Part shown: positions 7,737 through 10,681 of the stretch, in pieces | Layout: each line of letters opens with the position of its first letter | Position numbering within the stretch: the first letter of the stretch is position 1 | Source of the DNA: Octopus sinensis | Taxonomy: Eukaryota | Assembly: GCF_006345805.1 (NCBI RefSeq) | Contig: NW_021827369.1 | Span: forward strand, 1-10,681 | DNA: 10,681 bases | Direction of reading: 5' to 3' | Notes under the pieces: generated by a model | Seen by the model: the letters and a program-made list of their open reading frames with translations, nothing else | Databases searched by the model: none | Told to the model about the DNA's origin: nothing | Program-made: the position numbers and the translations under genes

Positions 7737-8475
7737 GATGTAGACTTATAAAGTACAAAATACACTCCCGATTTTCTTGCTACGGATGACGTGCAAATAC
7801 TCTGAAATCCTAGGATCTAGCAATTTCACCGCCACCACTGGACATCTTTCGCCTGTTACTGATACGTCAAACGTCTATGAGATGTTTCTCATAACGAATA
7901 TCGCTGTATTATCGCTTTCATACAATGTATCTACATAAAGTATGATATACAAAATTCCTGTTTGGGACTAATATTGCCTCGCTGGCGATTACACAACCTA
8001 AAGTTTTAGGCTCAATAGGGCTTGCGGAACACTTCACAGGCACTCCATTTCACTGACATGATCCTGAGTCAAGCCAAGGCAAGATATCCAGCGCCAGTAT
8101 GGGTCCCAGGATCTCGCATGTGGGAACATCATTCATATCAAGATCAAGTGAAAGATCCCCAAAATATCTCATGCCATTTCCTGCATCTCTGGTTTTATGT
8201 GACCTTCCCTAGAGATATGTTTTAACAAAACTTGAGGAAGGCTTCATTCGCAGTGGGCTTCCAGCACATCGGAACCAACCCAGAATTTTTGAAACCCTGA
8301 GCTATTACTAGAAAATCGTTGCACCTGCACTAGATTCATCCGTCCATTTGACAGGCCTTGTTTCTAGTACCGTCGGGTGTCTAGCAAACCATTTCATCAA
8401 GTTGTACTTGATTCCATGTTATCAGTAGCACTCATTAGAGACCTCACAAGTGACTTGATGTAAAGAGTAAATAGT

Positions 8476-8800
8476 TAAGGAACCCCTTGGGTCATGAATG
8501 ACTATGGGATTCTACCTTACCCACTGAAGCGCAAGTCCGGCCAAGGTTATTTCATGGAAGACCTGCAGTCGCCCATGCGTACCAGCCTCCCCTCCTCGCG
8601 CCACCGATGTTATCCAAGGAAAAAGTAAAGGCCGATACAGCTTGGCACCTGTGACGTCACAGCACATTTCTACAGCTGGGTGAACAGGAGCAATGTGAAA
8701 TAAAGTGTCTTGCTCAAGAACACAACACACAGCCCAGTCCGGGAATAGAACTCACTACCTCATGATTATGAGACCAATGCTCTGAGCCATGCGTCTTCAC
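8476..8800 (-). mobile_element. tRNA-derived CORE-type SINE (second family)
   Basis: Minus-strand head GTGAAGACGCATGGCTCAG (partly deleted A box), B box GAGTTCTATTCCC (8753-8741), CORE-like GTGTTCTTGAGCAAGACACTTT (8723-8702), then a GC-rich body distinct from the 2948-3389 family. Confidence 0.8.
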
Positions 8801-8813
8801 TGAAGACCTCATG

Positions 8814-9052
8814 TACATACATAAATACATACATACATACATACATAAATACATACATACATACATACACACATACATAAATGCATACATAAATACATAC
8901 ATATGGTGTAACTATGGTTGTAGGTACTTATACTCATATTGTCTAAATTCGTATGTGCGCGCGCGTGTGTGTGTGTGTGTGTGAGTATGCATTGTCGTAT
9001 ACTCATCTATCTACTTATCTATCTATATGTATATATATATGTGTGTGTGTGC
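8814..9052. repeat. (CATA)n followed by (CG)n/(TG)n, TCTA and TA/TG repeats
   Basis: Visible runs at about 8814-8902 and 8950-9052. Confidence 0.92.
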
Positions 9053-9057
9053 ATACG

Positions 9058-9209
9058 TGCTGTAAACAGCGGGAAGGAGCTAGAACGTTAAAACTTAGAA
9101 TGCATGCGCAGCAGAGTTCAAGGTAAATCTATGCTTAGCGGCTTTACTCTCCATGCTTTAGCTTCGTTACTATGGCAACTGTCCGGATACTTATTGATCA
9201 CACCTCGTA
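9058..9209 (-). mobile_element. Terminal ~150-bp fragment of a mariner-type DNA transposon
   Basis: Minus strand from 9209 reads TACGAGGTGTGATCAATAAGTATCCGGAC, a typical mariner TIR starting at TA. No partner TIR or transposase ORF in the window. The inner boundary is approximate. Confidence 0.7.
9166..9179. promoter_or_regulatory. RFX X-box-like motif inside the mariner fragment
   Basis: GTTACTATGGCAAC (minus strand GTTGCCATAGTAAC) fits the X-box consensus GTNRCC-N(0-3)-RGYAAC. Function not shown. Confidence 0.3.
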
Positions 9210-9311
9210 CATATGTACATAAGGCTAAGCATATTAAAAGGGGTCCGTGGGAAAACTCATTTGAATAAAAAGAGGTTGGGAACCTTTGTTGGGAACCATT
9301 ATTGGGAACCA

Positions 9312-9435
9312 CTGTATTAGCTTGACGCTCGGTGGAAGGAGAGAGTTTGATGTTTCGAGCATAGCTCTTCGTCGGAAAGAAGAAGGGAAAGATAAAGGTG
9401 GAAAAGAAATTGCCAACGGCGCACGTGTAGTTACG
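9312..9435 (-). mobile_element. Penelope-like element terminal fragment with near-canonical hammerhead motif
   Basis: Minus strand 9375-9349 reads CCGACGA-A-GAGC-TAT-GCTC-GAAA-CATC, followed by CCGAGCGTCAAGCTAATACA. Homologous to the copy at 4735-4800. Confidence 0.55.
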
Positions 9436-9537
9436 TATATGTATGTATATATGTATGTGTGTATGTATATATGTATGTATACATACATACGTATATATGT
9501 ATGTATGTATACGTGTGTGTGTATGTATGTGCATATA
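9435..9537. repeat. (TATG)n/(TG)n microsatellite
   Basis: Directly visible. Confidence 0.93.
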
Positions 9538-9775
9538 ATATTTAAATCATCTCAGCATCGACTGTTTGGTGTGAAAGCCAATAACCCATTTCTAACATCT
9601 TATATGAACATGTTGAAGATCTGACTCGCATCCCATTATCCGAGCGAAGTCCCACCAATCTGCTTTTGCAGACACAAGCGTCTCTCTCATTTGAATCCTT
9701 TTCCCTAATCTCACCCAAAAGTGCAGTTGCATCAGCAGAAACATTCAACCTAATCAATTTACCATTTTGAATACC

Positions 9776-10005
9776 TATTTCTTTATTACCCACAAGGGGC
9801 TAAACATAGAGGGGACAAACATGGACAGACATAGGTATTAAGTCGATTATATCGACCCCAGTGCTTAACTGGTACTTAATTTATCGACCCCGAAAGAATG
9901 AAAGGCAAAGTCGACCTCGGCGGAATTTGAACTCACAACGTAACGGCAGCCGAAATAACGCTAAAATTTCGCTCGACGTGCTAACGATCCTGCCAGCTAG
10001 CCGCC
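9776..10005 (-). mobile_element. Full-length tRNA-derived SINE (third family) with 9-bp target-site duplication
   Basis: Head GGCGGCTAGC-TGGCAGGATCG (A box) and GAGTTCAAATTCC (B box); central GCCTTTCATTCTTTCGGGGTCGATAAATTAAGTACCAG; tail AATAAAGAAATA. Flanked exactly by TTGAATACC at 9767-9775 and 10006-10014. Confidence 0.92.
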
Positions 10006-10083
10006 TTGAATACCACTGTAATATTTTGTGGTTGTTGTTATTTATTATTATTATTATTATTATTGAATACCACTGTAATATTT
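10006..10083. repeat. Perfect 21-bp direct repeat flanking a 36-bp (GTT)/(TTA)n tract
   Basis: TTGAATACCACTGTAATATTT at 10006-10026 and 10063-10083; the insert is 10027-10062. Confidence 0.92.
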
Positions 10084-10400
10084 CAGCAGCGGTAGTAGCA
10101 GCAGCAGTGGAGGCAGTAGGGGCAGCAGCAACACTGCTCCTACCATCACCACCACCACCAACAACAACAACATTATCACCGCCAGCATCATCACAAAATA
10201 TAACTCCTGTCACAACCACCACTTTTAACAACATAACCATCACCACCACCACCATCACACCACCACCATCACCACCACTATGATCACAACCACCACCACT
10301 ATCAGCATCATCACCAACATCAACACCGCAAAAACATCCACCTACACCACTACCACCATCACCACCACCACCACCAGTGTCACCACTAACACCACCTATA
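10084..10400. repeat. Cryptic (CAG/CAC/CAA/CAT)n trinucleotide low-complexity tract
   Basis: Directly visible. It explains the Ala/Pro/Thr- and Val-rich ORFs. Confidence 0.93.
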
Positions 10401-10403
10401 CCT

Positions 10404-10490
<87 letters not shown>
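10404..10490. repeat. (TCTA)n tetranucleotide microsatellite
   Basis: About 21 perfect units. Confidence 0.97.
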
Positions 10491-10494
10491 GTCT

Positions 10495-10618
10495 GTCTCC
10501 TTTTACGATCCCTTTTGATCGAAAACCTACGCCAATTTTTTTTTCATTCCCCAAAAGAAAAGCTCTACCTTGTAATTTGTCCCATCTGTGTGCAGCCCTG
10601 TGTGGCCAATAAAGAAAC
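10495..10618 (+). mobile_element. 3' end of a retroelement sharing its tail with the SINE at 9776-10005 (candidate partner LINE 3' UTR)
   Basis: 10576-10617 matches the SINE 3' terminus (9819-9778, minus) at 34/42 positions, ending AATAAAGAAA. The upstream sequence differs from the SINE body. Confidence 0.55.
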
Positions 10619-10619
10619 T

Positions 10620-10671
10620 TATCTATCTATCTATCTATCTATATCTATATATATATATATATATATATATA
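10620..10671. repeat. (TCTA)n-(TA)n microsatellite
   Basis: Directly visible. Confidence 0.95.
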
Positions 10672-10681
10672 CTGTATTTAT

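Noticed and set aside
7780-7875. Minus-strand VVAVKLLDP resembling kinase subdomain II, and EILGPIL near 8100 resembling an RT motif
   Set aside because: Isolated short words with in-frame stops nearby and no flanking motifs (GxGxxG, PQG, YADD).
1157-9209. The two TACGAG mariner ends as one 8-kb transposon
   Set aside because: Same orientation and different sequences, so they are not a TIR pair.
9767-10083. Repeated TTGAATACC(ACTGTAATATTT) as a CRISPR-like array
   Set aside because: Only two full copies, the spacers are a SINE and a microsatellite, the context is eukaryotic and there are no cas genes.

Overview
AT-rich, microsatellite-saturated, non-coding-dominated animal genomic DNA. The repeat families and simple-repeat density look like an octopus or related coleoid cephalopod; this is inferred from remembered repeat consensus sequences, not from a database search. 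No complete protein-coding gene, rRNA, true tRNA, CRISPR array or prokaryotic operon can be supported, and almost all supplied ORFs are simple-repeat or transposon read-throughs. The window is a mosaic of mobile-element pieces: several tRNA-derived SINEs (two with CORE-like domains), one structurally complete 380-bp non-autonomous Helitron, two mariner-type ends, two Penelope-like fragments with degenerate hammerhead-ribozyme motifs, and LINE-like 3' tails. Best leads: (1) a ~700-bp old foldback element; (2) a 218-bp element with 91%-identical 100-bp arms; (3) two insertions sharing one target breakpoint at 9767-10083; (4) a candidate minus-strand terminal exon at 107-282 with an STPR-like 23-residue repeat; (5) the hammerhead-like motifs. 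I found no evidence for a new multi-gene system.
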